64,000 nucleotides of DNA from a virus (Duplodnaviria; Heunggongvirae; Uroviricota; Caudoviricetes): the IMG/VR virus record IMGVR_UViG_2713896798_000008. One strand, given 5' to 3'. The notes beneath the pieces were generated by a model. That model was not told where the DNA came from and ran no database searches. It saw nothing but the letters and a program-made list of their open reading frames with translations. The translations under genes were made by a program, and so were the position numbers. Positions 10,753-20,862 of the stretch are shown here, one piece after another (positions within the stretch are counted from its first letter, which is position 1; every line of letters begins with the position of its first letter).

Positions 10753-10988
10753 TAAAACCTCGCCAGTTTAAATCCCGGTTTTCCCCGTCTGCGGTTCTCC
10801 ATCGCGGCAAGCCTGCGTTCCCACTCCTGACGTCCGGCGCGGATCTGAGAAAGGCTTTCCAGCGTCAGTTGCTGCCCGTTGAAGGTGACAGACTTCCCCT
10901 CCAGTACCGCCCTTTCCGCTTCACGGTACCGCTGTATCATTTCTCTGACTTCTTCAGTGCTCACAACCAGCCTCCTGATGTTGTCCAT
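10752..10988 (-). CDS. Head-to-tail joining protein, gpW-like
   Basis: 78-aa ORF ending RRRGKPGFKLARF, resembles lambda gpW C-terminus; between terminase and portal. Confidence 0.65.
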   Translation of the reverse strand: MDNIRRLVVSTEEVREMIQRYREAERAVLEGKSVTFNGQQLTLESLSQIRAGRQEWERRLAAMENRRRGKPGFKLARF

Positions 10989-13084
10989 GGATTATCTTCC
11001 GCACGCTCCGTCCGCAGTTTTTTCTTCCGGCGACGGCGTTTTTCTGCCCCGGCCGTCAGTTCCGGGGATGCCATTTCACCAGAGCACTCCTGCGGGAAGA
11101 CGAGCCACGTTTCCCGCTGAGCCCAGTCCGGTGCGGAGGGCCAGCGGATCTTTTCGTAACCATGCAGAACGGCAAGCGCATCCGCATAAACCAGCAGGTC
11201 AAACGCCTCGTTAGCGCCCCTGCCCGGTTTTCGCCATTTTCCGTCACTGCCGCGTTCTTCATAGGTCAGCTCATCGTAAAACCACCGCCCCAGCCAGTCG
11301 GGAAAGTGGATATAGTTCGGCCCGGGTGTGTCACGCCACAGGGCATTATTTACACGGTCCTTAAACGCATCCGTCTGAACCAGCCACAACGCGACATCGC
11401 CACTGGCTCTGGCCCGGCGGGCACTTCTGCCGGTATTATCCGGAAAGGTCCTGTTAATCAGTCTGTCACGACGAAGACCATCCCCCTTGAACAGATACAC
11501 CCTGTTGCCCAGCCCTTCACTACGGCACCGACGCCAGAAACGATAGGCGTTATCTGTCACCCCGGCTTCCCCTCCCGTATCCACCGCCATGGCCATCAGA
11601 CGCATGCGCACATCCGGATCAGAAGCCAGCGGCCATGTTTTATGGAACACATCCGTCAGCAACAAATCCCAGTCCTCCGGATATGCCGCCGGATCAATCG
11701 GCAGACTTTCACCGTTGGGACTGCAGCGCAGTGAATGCCGGATGTTGTAGCGATCAACAATCCAGCGTTCCCCCTGCTCTCCGTATCCGGTGATCTGCAC
11801 AACAAAACGGCGATTTTTACCGCCCTGGACGTCAACCGTTGCCTCAATAAAACGCACACCATCCGGCACAGATCGCCGGGGAAACGGCTCGGCACGCTGT
11901 TCAAGCAGTTCACTTTTACGCTGTTCCGTGGCTGAACGGGGCAGATAGGGGCGTCCGATATCGGTGTTCACCACCGCCTTCAGGGTCTCTTCACTGCCGG
12001 TTCGCTCATACTCTTCTTCTGCCGCCAGCAGTTTAAAAATCAGTTGTTCCCAGGTCTGAAACGCCGCAGCCGGACCCTCCATCCAGAAACTTGCTATTCT
12101 GGAATTTCGGGGGGTTCCGGTGATACGGCCATCCGCCGCTGCCCGTTCGCCTTCCCGCAGCCAGATCCCCTGGTTATTCAGTTCACGCTTCTGTTCCGGC
12201 GCAATCAGGCCGCGGCAGTGCGGACACATCAGGCGGGCCGCCTGCCCGGCAGCCACAAAATCAGGGTTGTTCCGGTAACCGGTCATGTTATCCATCACCG
12301 GCTGAAAATATTCCCCGCAGTGCGGACACGGCCAGTACCACCGGCGACGATCCCCCCGGTTATACAGGGACAGGATCCCCGTGGTTGGCGGAGCCTCATG
12401 TGCACCACCACAGCGCCATTTGGTATCGGTGATATCCCGCCCCGGTGAACTCTCAACCAGGGTCATCCCGGAGGACATAAAGGTGGTGGTACGCTTTGAG
12501 GCCAGGGTGAAGGCATCCCCTTCCCCGTCCACGTTCTCAGGGAAACGGTCATAATCCGTCAGCGCCACACGACGGTAATCCGAGGAGGAAAATACGGTGA
12601 TCGACGGCCAGCCAATTTTCAGGAATGAGCCGTCAAGAAACATTTTGTCGTGGACGTTGTTGTCATTACGGGAAGGACTGAGACGTTTACTCACTTCCGG
12701 ACTGTGACGAAACGTCCTGGAAAGACGCGTTCTGGAATGCTCACGCGCCTTGGTTTCGGTCATCTGCACCACCAGCATATCCGCCGGATCACAGATGATG
12801 CCGTACACAATCCAGCCATCAATCAGCCCTTCTGTTTTCCCGGTCCGCGCCGGTCCCACAAACACCACCGCGTCATATTCACGGGCTGATAATGTATTAA
12901 TGGGGTCAATCATATAGGGCGTCAGCGATGACTCCCACGGACCGGAAGTATTGGCTCCCCGTGGTACCCGCATATAACGTCTGATGGCTTCCGCTACTGG
13001 TAACCGGCTGGGCGGGCGAAACAGCGAGGCCACTTCGCGCCAGATATCGGATGCGCGGCTATGGCTCTCGTTCACCTGATTCAC
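10961..13084 (-). CDS. Terminase large subunit (lambda gpA family)
   Basis: 707-aa ORF with Walker A (GPARTGKT) and nuclease-domain Cys/His cluster (CPHCG...CPHCRG). Confidence 0.9.
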   Translation of the reverse strand: MNQVNESHSRASDIWREVASLFRPPSRLPVAEAIRRYMRVPRGANTSGPWESSLTPYMIDPINTLSAREYDAVVFVGPARTGKTEGLIDGWIVYGIICDPADMLVVQMTETKAREHSRTRLSRTFRHSPEVSKRLSPSRNDNNVHDKMFLDGSFLKIGWPSITVFSSSDYRRVALTDYDRFPENVDGEGDAFTLASKRTTTFMSSGMTLVESSPGRDITDTKWRCGGAHEAPPTTGILSLYNRGDRRRWYWPCPHCGEYFQPVMDNMTGYRNNPDFVAAGQAARLMCPHCRGLIAPEQKRELNNQGIWLREGERAAADGRITGTPRNSRIASFWMEGPAAAFQTWEQLIFKLLAAEEEYERTGSEETLKAVVNTDIGRPYLPRSATEQRKSELLEQRAEPFPRRSVPDGVRFIEATVDVQGGKNRRFVVQITGYGEQGERWIVDRYNIRHSLRCSPNGESLPIDPAAYPEDWDLLLTDVFHKTWPLASDPDVRMRLMAMAVDTGGEAGVTDNAYRFWRRCRSEGLGNRVYLFKGDGLRRDRLINRTFPDNTGRSARRARASGDVALWLVQTDAFKDRVNNALWRDTPGPNYIHFPDWLGRWFYDELTYEERGSDGKWRKPGRGANEAFDLLVYADALAVLHGYEKIRWPSAPDWAQRETWLVFPQECSGEMASPELTAGAEKRRRRKKKLRTERAEDNPWTTSGGWL

Positions 13085-13557
13085 ATATCGGCCTCATCAC
13101 AACAGTCAATGACTGCCTTTTCCAGTGTGTCGCGGATCTCATCAACCACAATCTGTACTTCATTCAGTTGTGATGCAGTCCACCCTCTGTCCCTCTCCAG
13201 CCGGTCAGGCCAGGTTTCCAGTACCTGAACTATCGCTTTCACCACGACGGAAAACGACCGCCTGACATCACTGACAGGCACAAGCTGAACAGTTTCATGC
13301 TGAAATTTAAGACGCTCGCGCTCGGACTGATACCATGCCTTACGAGCGTGAGGATCCATATCCTCATCTTCTGCTGATGGTGGTTTTTCCAGCAACGAAG
13401 TTATCAAATCCGTCAGGAGATACAGTTTTTTCTTTTCATTACTGCCTGGTGCAAGAGGAACATCTGCCATTCTGGCGGCGACAGTCTGTCGGTGCAGGCC
13501 TGAAAGGGATGCCAGTTGATTAATATTGAACTTCATATTTTTCAGCTCGCCGTCCAT
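13081..13557 (-). CDS. Terminase small subunit (HTH DNA-binding)
   Basis: 158-aa ORF overlapping start of large subunit; N-terminal HTH-like NINQLASLSGLHRQTV. Confidence 0.6.
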   Translation of the reverse strand: MDGELKNMKFNINQLASLSGLHRQTVAARMADVPLAPGSNEKKKLYLLTDLITSLLEKPPSAEDEDMDPHARKAWYQSERERLKFQHETVQLVPVSDVRRSFSVVVKAIVQVLETWPDRLERDRGWTASQLNEVQIVVDEIRDTLEKAVIDCCDEADM

Positions 13558-13744
13558 TCACGCCTCCTCCACAAATACCGCAGAACAGAAGTGACTCTGT
13601 TTTTTTTGTAAAGAAACAGCGCCACGCAAAGATGTCGAACAAAAATTAACCTTAATCATCATCTTTTCAGAACGAATGTGCTTAAAAACAACAAGTTACA
13701 CACATGATGATGATGACGATAAAATCACAAAAATGCGCTTTTTT

Positions 13745-13815
13745 CCGCGCCGACCCGCCCCGTGTTCAGGCCCACCACACCAGGAGGACCCGAAAAATGA
13801 TAATGGTTATCATTT
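13745..13815 (-). other. Putative cos region of prophage A (cosN-like GC-rich core plus cosQ-like TGATAATGGTTATCA palindrome)
   Basis: CCGACCCGCCCC resembles reverse complement of lambda cosN; palindrome parallels lambda right-end sequence also found at 40385-40400. Confidence 0.45.
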
Positions 13816-14019
13816 GTAATGTAGTCCGGTTTCTTCCACCATCACACCGGACCAGCGACTATGAGGGGACAACGCCGCGCTCCGTTAACGCGGTAAACCC
13901 CGGTGTGTATCGTTTTTGATTATCCCCGCACACTCGCGCAGAGGAGTCTCCCTGTCGGGCTGCGGTCTCTGTTAATACGGGAATACGGCGACAATACCGC
14001 GCATGGATAATAAGGTCGC

Positions 14020-14244
14020 TCAACACACTGGCTGTAATGCAGCGGATACCATGCGGCATTTAGCGGCATTCATCGTACACTCAACGGTTAGCTCTTCATT
14101 CGTGGCATTCACCTGAAAGGTCCGGGAGTGTAATTGCGTACATTTACCACTGAACGAACCTTCAACAAGAACACGACCACGCTGCAAAATACGGAACGGA
14201 ATTGTTCCCTGAAAAGGCTTTACGGTTACCAGTAATTTCTTCAT
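14020..14244 (-). CDS. Hypothetical protein downstream of Rz
   Basis: 74-aa ORF from internal Met MKKLLVTV... with GGAGAA Shine-Dalgarno. Confidence 0.35.
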   Translation of the reverse strand: MKKLLVTVKPFQGTIPFRILQRGRVLVEGSFSGKCTQLHSRTFQVNATNEELTVECTMNAAKCRMVSAALQPVC

Positions 14245-14267
14245 GCATTCTCCGGATAACAAAAATA

Positions 14268-14753
14268 CTAGTTAATACACTGAGTGCGGATATATTCCTG
14301 CGCCCCTTCCAGCTGCTTCTGCATCATCATCAACCGTTCTCTGAGGATGAAATAATCCCGTTCAGCGGTGTCTGCCAGTCGGGGGCCGGTTGCATTATCC
14401 ACGCCGGAGGTGCCGGTGGCTTCACGCACGGTACCGTGGCAGGTGGCGTTGATCCGCAGGCGCTTACGACCAGCGGCAACATCAGCACGCAGAGTTTCAT
14501 TTTCAGCTCTCGCATCGGCTAATTCCTTCGAGTATTTTGCATCGAGCGCAGCAACATCACGCTGACGCACCTGCATGTCAGTAATGGTGGCATTCGCCTG
14601 TTCCAGCTCTCTGGCTTTTTTATCGCGCTGCGCTTTGTAGGTGATGGCGTTATCGCGGTAATGATTAACAGCCCATAACAGACAGACGATGATGCAGATA
14701 ACCAGAGCGTAAATAATCGCGGTTACTCTTCTCACTGATCTATCCCCCAACAA
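14268..14753 (-). CDS. Rz: Spanin inner-membrane subunit (Rz)
   Basis: 161-aa ORF, N-terminal TM segment, coiled-coil body, embedded Rz1 in alternate frame. Confidence 0.8.
   Translation of the reverse strand: MLGDRSVRRVTAIIYALVICIIVCLLWAVNHYRDNAITYKAQRDKKARELEQANATITDMQVRQRDVAALDAKYSKELADARAENETLRADVAAGRKRLRINATCHGTVREATGTSGVDNATGPRLADTAERDYFILRERLMMMQKQLEGAQEYIRTQCIN
14330..14515 (-). CDS. Rz1: Spanin outer-membrane lipoprotein subunit (Rz1), embedded in Rz
   Basis: 61-aa ORF with lipobox LVVSAC and proline-rich body, entirely inside Rz. Confidence 0.75.
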   Translation of the reverse strand: MRELKMKLCVLMLPLVVSACGSTPPATVPCVKPPAPPAWIMQPAPDWQTPLNGIISSSENG

Positions 14754-15265
14754 GCTAATGCGCTTTCCTGGTCACGACGAATAACCTGTCCGTAGCAGTT
14801 ATTTGAACGTGTGCGGCAATCACGCCCACCGTCCTTAATCCACCAGCGAATCGCCTCACACGCTCCCCTGCGATCACCTGCATTAATTCGTTTATAAAAC
14901 GTCGACGGGAAACACTTACCGGGACCAATGTTGTACGGACAGAATGACGCAATCCCCGCTTTCTGGGGTTCGGTCAGTGGCACTTTGATGTTTTTCTCCA
15001 CCCATGCCAGCGCCTTATCACGCTCAATGGCGTTAACCCGGTCGCATTTTTCCTTCGACAGCTTCATGCCAGGAATCACAGGCTTACCATCCACCATGAT
15101 GGCACCTCGGCAGATGGTCCAGATACCCGCACCATCACGGTATGCCGTGGTGTGGTTACCTTCCTTTTCATCCAGAAACTGGTCGAGAATGTCAGGCGCA
15201 GGCGCACCAGCGGCAATCAGCGCCAGAACGGCAGCCGACAGGCCGTATTTGATTTTGGTGTTCAT
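14732..15265 (-). CDS. R: SAR endolysin (phage lysozyme, phage 21 R-type)
   Basis: 177-aa [24 protein letters not shown]... with N-terminal signal-anchor-release segment; 90 percent identical to second copy at 43324-43857. Confidence 0.9.
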   Translation of the reverse strand: MNTKIKYGLSAAVLALIAAGAPAPDILDQFLDEKEGNHTTAYRDGAGIWTICRGAIMVDGKPVIPGMKLSKEKCDRVNAIERDKALAWVEKNIKVPLTEPQKAGIASFCPYNIGPGKCFPSTFYKRINAGDRRGACEAIRWWIKDGGRDCRTRSNNCYGQVIRRDQESALACWGIDQ

Positions 15266-15307
15266 GGATATTTATCAGGATTTATCGGCAACAGATAACG
15301 AGCCAGC

Positions 15308-15868
15308 TTATATACGTCCTTTAAGATAAGTCAGTCCTGGATGAAACCAGTAAGCCGGCACTTTTTTAAAGGGCGGGTTGTCAAACTCACGAAGAAGAGC
15401 CTCCCGCACAACTGCATCCTTGTCAGCACCACTGGCCAGCGCTTCAATCTCAGCAGCTATCTGCAGATATCCCATGCAACGACCAATGCACTTCATCAGC
15501 CCCTGCTTTTTATTGTTCTTCAGGTAATCAATGGCAAATTCAATGAGCTCCTCACTATGCTGGTGCGATGGCGGTGTTACTTTCCCATTTTCTGAGATGG
15601 TTATTTTCCCAGCATCACCGGATACAACAAAGGATGGCCGGTTACACTCCCATTCCAGCTCACTGAAATTATCATTATGAATACTGAAACACTCTGAGAG
15701 ATTTCTGCTCATCACTTTCCGACAATAATCGTCAAACGCAGCAAACTGCTCATCGCGGCGTTTTTTTTCATCTTCAGAAGGCATCAGCGTCGACAGTTTT
15801 TTATTCAGTTCAGCAATTTCATTTTCCAGACGACTGAAGCGCTGATTCATTTCTTCATGGTTCATCAC
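15308..15868 (-). CDS. Hypothetical 186-aa protein inserted between holin and endolysin
   Basis: Intact ORF abutting holin stop; N-terminal coiled coil (NQRFSRLENEIAELNKKLSTL); no family recognised. Confidence 0.5.
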   Translation of the reverse strand: MMNHEEMNQRFSRLENEIAELNKKLSTLMPSEDEKKRRDEQFAAFDDYCRKVMSRNLSECFSIHNDNFSELEWECNRPSFVVSGDAGKITISENGKVTPPSHQHSEELIEFAIDYLKNNKKQGLMKCIGRCMGYLQIAAEIEALASGADKDAVVREALLREFDNPPFKKVPAYWFHPGLTYLKGRI

Positions 15869-16075
15869 CTAATCTCCCCGGGCAGCCTTGCGACGGTCCT
15901 CTTTAATTTTGAAATACAGGTTAGTCAGATACGTCAGCAGGCCAAACAGCAGACTCCCCAGCACACCTATCGCCACCCACTGGGACGGAGAGACTTTGTC
16001 CAGCAGCTGCAGTAACCAGTATCCCGTCCCCACCGCTGACGTGGTGTATGACACACCTGTTGTGATTTTTTCCAT
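15869..16075 (-). CDS. S: Pinholin (phage 21 S-type class II holin)
   Basis: 68-aa [26 protein letters not shown]...[15 protein letters not shown], two TM segments, S21-like. Confidence 0.85.
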   Translation of the reverse strand: MEKITTGVSYTTSAVGTGYWLLQLLDKVSPSQWVAIGVLGSLLFGLLTYLTNLYFKIKEDRRKAARGD

Positions 16076-16521
16076 CCGATGTATGTCTCCGTCACCGCCG
16101 ACAGAAAATGAAAGTAAAGAAAAACAAAAAAACCGCCAGTGTCACCCACTGACGGCCAACTCCGGGAGCCGTGATTATGGCATTCAGGCTCTGCTAAAAA
16201 TGCCAGATAACATTCCGGCCCCCCCCTAGTTCAGGTTATAAATGACACAATATCTTGACAACATCCGTCACTGTCTGTCAGAAAATATACCGCCAGGCAT
16301 AAGTATCATGTGAAATCCAACTATCCTTTTGAGCCAGCACCTCTCCACCGAAAGTCAGTGCTGGCTGTTTTTTTCCTTAATAAAGCATCTGTAACTGAAA
16401 CAATCCGCATATTGATAATATATTGACAGGCATCATTGCTGTCTGTGAAAAATAAGTCTCTACAAACATATAAGGCCTTTTAGCCAGCGTCTTCTTTCAG
16501 GTCAGCCGCTGGCTTTTTTTA

Positions 16522-18423
16522 TTATGCTGCCGGTGCATTTATCTCCAGCACCAGACTTTCTATCTCAACGCCATACGCTGCATTTTTTGTAACATCCGTC
16601 AGCGTCAGCGCATTCAGCCCCAGTGTCAGACTGTCTTTTATGACCTGGAATGCCGGGCCAGCCACTCCATTCAGTTTCGGAGTAACCGTGGCACTGCCGG
16701 CGGTGAACACCAGCTCCAGCGTCTGCCAGTCGTTACCGTAATCGCCGAACTCCCCCAGCTTCGTGTTTCCGGCTTTCCTGTGATGCATCAGATTCACTCT
16801 GCCGTCAGTGGTCTGAGTGAAGTACGACATCAGGAACGGATTACCGGTACCCGTCATCGCCACACCATCAGGAACGGGAGCATCCGTATACAGATAAATC
16901 CCCAGCCCGAACTGATTGTTGGTCAGTGCGCCTGACAGGCGGAACTTACAGGTCAGTCTGCCGCCCTGTGTCAGCAGGGTAATTGCGTCATCCACCGGAT
17001 GCGTCAGGGACCAGGTTTTATTGCTCTGCTTGGTGATCTTAAATACACCATCTGACAACTGAATTCCGCCATCCTTAATGCTCCAGCCCTGCGCAGCAGC
17101 CTCTCCGGCTGCCGGCAGCAGGGAGATTGTGCGAACGGACGTATCTGCAGACGGACCCGATGGCGTGTTGCCGCCGGGCGAGGGTTTGATTTCCGGTGCC
17201 TTACCACTGATGAAGGCTGAGGTGCGCCCGGCTGCGTTCAGAATAGCGGTTGCCATACGATCCGGAATAATGCTCCTGCGCGCCCATGAACTGAAATGTG
17301 TCGGGCGGTTTGATGATACCTGGTTTCCATTCGTTCTCGATGCCGCACCGTAATATCCTGATGCCGGAATATCCGGATCTTCTGCCGGCGCGTTAGTGGC
17401 GGTATTGACGCCGTTACCGTCTGTCATGAAGGGCACAAAATAAACGCCCTCACTCTCCCTGTTTTTATACCCGCCGTACACGGTGTCGTACTGGGTAGCG
17501 TATGTATTTTTCCAGTAATACGTCGTGTCACCACAAATCCACGGCACATCTGCAGCACTGCCACCATGGCACTGCGCGTTAAACACGGAGAGGTCAGCAC
17601 GAAACTGTGTCAGCATGGCTGTAAACAGCGCAGGTTGCTGTGCGTGGGTGGCGGCGCTCATGTCAAACTCTCCCTGCATCCAGCACACCGCCAGCAACAC
17701 ATTTTTCGGGTTCTTCTGTAATGCAGCTTTGGTGCGCGCAATCAGGTCCTGATATAACGGTTTACCCACACCCCAGCGCGCCGAATCCTGGCTGGCCCCC
17801 GTGTCCGCACTGAATGTCCCCTCCGCGCCCTGGGTAAATGCCGAACCACCACGACAGCATGGTACCAGCAGGATCCCCGCGTTATTCGGGATATACGGGA
17901 GCAGTTTTTTGGCAATATGTAACCCCTGGCCGACACAGCCGTACTGCCCTTTGCTCAGGTCTGCCTTCGGATGATTCAGCGTACTCATATCCTGCACATC
18001 ATGCAGGCAGTGGTCGGCCGGAATAATATCGTTATATCTGCAGGCAGCCCCACCCGGCGTCACTGTACTGCGGCGCGCCAGCTGCTTAATGCGCGGGTCC
18101 GGACGGTCATATGTCTCCGGCAGCGGAAGGCCTTCACCATATGCCATGCCGTTTGACTGCCCCGCCAGAACCACAACAAAGTAATACTCCGGGTCTCTGG
18201 TGGCGCTGATTACTGTGCCTTCTCCATCCGACGGCTTCACCACAACAGGTGTGCTCACATCACCTTCTGCGACAATCGCCTGAATAAGTGCTGCGCCATC
18301 ATCCGTATACGAAGAAAACGGCCCGCCGTATGGCTGCCATCCTTCACGAATTTTTTGAGCAAGCGCATCCGCAAGGTCTGACGGCGACGCCGCCCTGACC
18401 ACGTCATAGTGTTTAAATGCCAT
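16522..18423 (-). CDS. Prophage sialate O-acetylesterase (NanS-p-like, SASA domain)
   Basis: 633-aa ORF with GQSNG esterase motif; position between tRNAs and lysis genes as in EHEC lambdoid prophages. Confidence 0.75.
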   Translation of the reverse strand: MAFKHYDVVRAASPSDLADALAQKIREGWQPYGGPFSSYTDDGAALIQAIVAEGDVSTPVVVKPSDGEGTVISATRDPEYYFVVVLAGQSNGMAYGEGLPLPETYDRPDPRIKQLARRSTVTPGGAACRYNDIIPADHCLHDVQDMSTLNHPKADLSKGQYGCVGQGLHIAKKLLPYIPNNAGILLVPCCRGGSAFTQGAEGTFSADTGASQDSARWGVGKPLYQDLIARTKAALQKNPKNVLLAVCWMQGEFDMSAATHAQQPALFTAMLTQFRADLSVFNAQCHGGSAADVPWICGDTTYYWKNTYATQYDTVYGGYKNRESEGVYFVPFMTDGNGVNTATNAPAEDPDIPASGYYGAASRTNGNQVSSNRPTHFSSWARRSIIPDRMATAILNAAGRTSAFISGKAPEIKPSPGGNTPSGPSADTSVRTISLLPAAGEAAAQGWSIKDGGIQLSDGVFKITKQSNKTWSLTHPVDDAITLLTQGGRLTCKFRLSGALTNNQFGLGIYLYTDAPVPDGVAMTGTGNPFLMSYFTQTTDGRVNLMHHRKAGNTKLGEFGDYGNDWQTLELVFTAGSATVTPKLNGVAGPAFQVIKDSLTLGLNALTLTDVTKNAAYGVEIESLVLEINAPAA

Positions 18424-18953
18424 GAATCCTCCCGGCCGGGATAATGTTGTGAGTCAGATAAGGGGCGGGCTGAAGTCCGGAAGTTACAGGACAATGACAG
18501 AAGGAAGACTACAGCCCGCAATACGAAAAAGGCCGCGCAGTTGCGCAGCCTTATAAACCCTGGTTAAAATCCACACGATAAAAATGACAATGCAAGTATC
18601 TCATGCTGTTGCCCGAACCTACTCGGGCTTTTTTTGCATGTAAAAAGGCTCCTGCGATGAGGAGCCTGGATATATGCCTAATCTCTGTATACAGCATGAT
18701 GCCGGGTGCCTCCCGGTGAATTCTGCAATGACCAGACAGAATCCGCAACTTGCCTATACAATACGCAACCAAACATCTGTCATTATGCCCCGCCGCCCAG
18801 GGGGATTCATCATGCAGGATTTTTTTAACAAACGCTCAGCATGTCAGGCAACAGTCAACTACCTGAATTGTGAGGCATTTAACATTTCACTGTCCGGTGT
18901 CTTTCCTGTAATAAAAAGCCCGCAAAAGAGAGTCAGGGCAGATAAGTGTGGTG

Positions 18954-19030
18954 TGGCGCGTTGTACTGGATTCGAACCAGTGACCGATTGCTTAGAAGGC
19001 AATTGCTCTGTCCGGCTGAGCTAACAACGC
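18954..19030 (-). tRNA. tRNA-Arg (anticodon UCU)
   Basis: Reverse complement folds as cloverleaf: GCGTTGT acceptor, anticodon loop CTTCTAA, T-loop GGTTCGAATCC, 3' GCCA. Confidence 0.85.
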
Positions 19031-19110
19031 AGAATACCGATAATGGACCGCCACCGGGGACTCCGAATCTCGCACAGGGTGACGTTCTTTCCTGATGAGC
19101 TAGTGGCGGT

Positions 19111-19186
19111 TGGTGGCCCTTGCTGGATTTGAACCAGCGACCTGGCGATTATGAGTCACTCGCTCTCACCACTGAGCTAAAGGGCC
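19111..19186 (-). tRNA. tRNA with CAU anticodon (Ile2/Met type, ileZ-like)
   Basis: Reverse complement GGCCCTTTAGCTCAGTGG...CTCATAA...GGTTCAAATCC...CCACCA; resembles E. coli ileX. Confidence 0.8.
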
Positions 19187-19226
19187 GGGCGCAGAATAAT
19201 AACGGTGCGTCACTGATTCTGCAATA

Positions 19227-20285
19227 TCATCCGTTCTGACTGATTAAATCCTGAACTTCCCTGACTGTCTGCTCAAAACGTCCGGTCTCCAGCTCAACAC
19301 CAATCGCCCTACGTCCCAGTGACAGCGCCGCTTTTACCGTTGAACCTGACCCCATGAAGAAATCTGCAACCAGGTCTCCCGGACGACTGCTCGCACTGAT
19401 TATCTGCCGCAGCATTTCTGCCGGTTTTTCGCACGGATGTTTTCCGGGATAGTACTGTACGGGTTTGTGCGTCCACACATCCGTATAAGGAACCGCAGCC
19501 GATACGGAAAAATAACGCCGCAGGGTTTTATACTCTTCCTGCAGGCTGACATATTGTCGGTTCAGTTCACTGTATGTACTGACCAGCTGGTGGTGTGGCC
19601 ATTCCAGTTCACCGCGCTGATGCTTCTCTTCTGCCACCCGGACAAACAGCGCCTGTAATTTCAGATAATCGCTTTCGTTCGGCAACTGCCACTGACTGGC
19701 ACTGAACCAGTGCGACACCATGTTTTTCTTTCCTGTGACATCTGCAATCTGTTTTGCCGTTATCCCCAGGGCAGCGCGCGCATCACGAAAGTAAGCAATC
19801 AGCGGGGCCATCACATGCTGTTTCAGTGCCCTGCCCTTCGCCTCACAGCCATCATCTTTCGGGCGATACGGCCCCTGATAATGTTCCGCGAACAGAATGC
19901 GCTCTGTGGCCGGAAAATACGCCCGCAGGCTTTCCTTGTTACACCCGTTCCAGCGTCCGGACGGCTTTGCCCAGATGATATGGTTCAGTACGTTAAACCG
20001 CTCACGCATCATGATTTCGGTGTCAGATGCCAGGCGATGGCCACAGAACAGGTAAAGACTTCCGGCTGGTTTCAGCACCCGCCAGAACTGCGCAAGGCAC
20101 TGGTCCAGCCACTTCAGGTAATCTTCATCACCCACCCACAGGTTATCCCAGTCCGCGGGTTTCACTTTGAAGTACGGCGGGTCCGTGACTATCAGGTCCA
20201 CAGAATTTTCGGGTAACGACCGCATAAATTCCAGGCAGTCGGCGTTGATTAACTCATAACTGGATATTTTTACAGTATTAAGCAT
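19227..20285 (-). CDS. DNA methyltransferase (beta-class amino-MTase, N6-adenine or N4-cytosine)
   Basis: 352-aa ORF with N-terminal catalytic motif DPPY (VTDPPYFKV) and C-terminal AdoMet motif FFMGSGST. Confidence 0.85.
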   Translation of the reverse strand: MLNTVKISSYELINADCLEFMRSLPENSVDLIVTDPPYFKVKPADWDNLWVGDEDYLKWLDQCLAQFWRVLKPAGSLYLFCGHRLASDTEIMMRERFNVLNHIIWAKPSGRWNGCNKESLRAYFPATERILFAEHYQGPYRPKDDGCEAKGRALKQHVMAPLIAYFRDARAALGITAKQIADVTGKKNMVSHWFSASQWQLPNESDYLKLQALFVRVAEEKHQRGELEWPHHQLVSTYSELNRQYVSLQEEYKTLRRYFSVSAAVPYTDVWTHKPVQYYPGKHPCEKPAEMLRQIISASSRPGDLVADFFMGSGSTVKAALSLGRRAIGVELETGRFEQTVREVQDLISQNG

Positions 20286-20435
20286 GGATCATTAAGCCTG
20301 TCTCTGATAGGCTCATTCTGCTTTTGCGCAAAGCAGTGGGCCTGAGGTTTGCTTGTGATCCAGACGCATGAGCAGATGGCTGGTGAGTGCCCCTAACACC
20401 CACCAGCCGCCCATTTACCACAAATAAAAAAGCCT

Positions 20436-20633
20436 TCAGGACTGAAGGCGTCTGTAACAACCGAACTGATAGTCTGCCAGACCCGCCATAACCAGCTGGG
20501 TCAGTATTAACTGGCAGCGTTCGCGTGAAAGGTAAGTATTCTGCGCAATCTCCCCGACTGTCGCCGGGTCGGTAACGCTTAATTCATTAAACACCACTCT
20601 GGCGGTTTCTGTCATATCCTGCTGTTTTAGCAT
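20436..20633 (-). CDS. Small hypothetical protein, first ORF of late transcript (possible winged-helix)
   Basis: 65-aa ORF from internal Met MLKQQDMTETARV... with AAGGG SD; located just after pR'-tR'. Confidence 0.4.
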   Translation of the reverse strand: MLKQQDMTETARVVFNELSVTDPATVGEIAQNTYLSRERCQLILTQLVMAGLADYQFGCYRRLQS

Positions 20634-20752
20634 GCCTTTTTTCCCTTTTCCGGTTAACGTGACATACCAATAACTCTTGTCGAAAAAGCCAGCAAGCTGA
20701 AAGACCCGTATTCGCAACCACCAGCGCGTTTACTGTACTGACGCGATTTTCG

Positions 20753-20778
20753 GGCATAAAAAAACCGCCTGGCGGCGG
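20753..20778 (-). terminator. tR'-like intrinsic terminator downstream of late promoter
   Basis: CCGCC-GCCA-GGCGG hairpin followed by T-run on transcribed strand. Confidence 0.5.
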
Positions 20779-20833
20779 TTTTTTCTTACTTTGCCATCGC
20801 GTACAAAATCGGCAAAATATCAGATTTACATGA

Positions 20834-20862
20834 AATATATGCTCTTCAGTTCTATTTTGCAA
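20834..20862 (-). promoter_or_regulatory. Putative late promoter pR' (TTGCAA-17-TATATT)
   Basis: Sigma70-like hexamers with 17-bp spacer overlapping the 3' end of the Q-like gene, followed by terminator. Confidence 0.45.

Noticed and set aside
18424-18950. Shiga toxin genes at the classical position downstream of the phage tRNAs
   Set aside because: Only short overlapping ORFs with no resemblance to stxA/stxB and hairpin terminators are present
19031-19110. Possible third tRNA between tRNA-Arg and tRNA-Ile
   Set aside because: Could not fold a cloverleaf; no GGTTCGAATCC-type T-arm or matching acceptor stem; probably spacer or degenerate remnant
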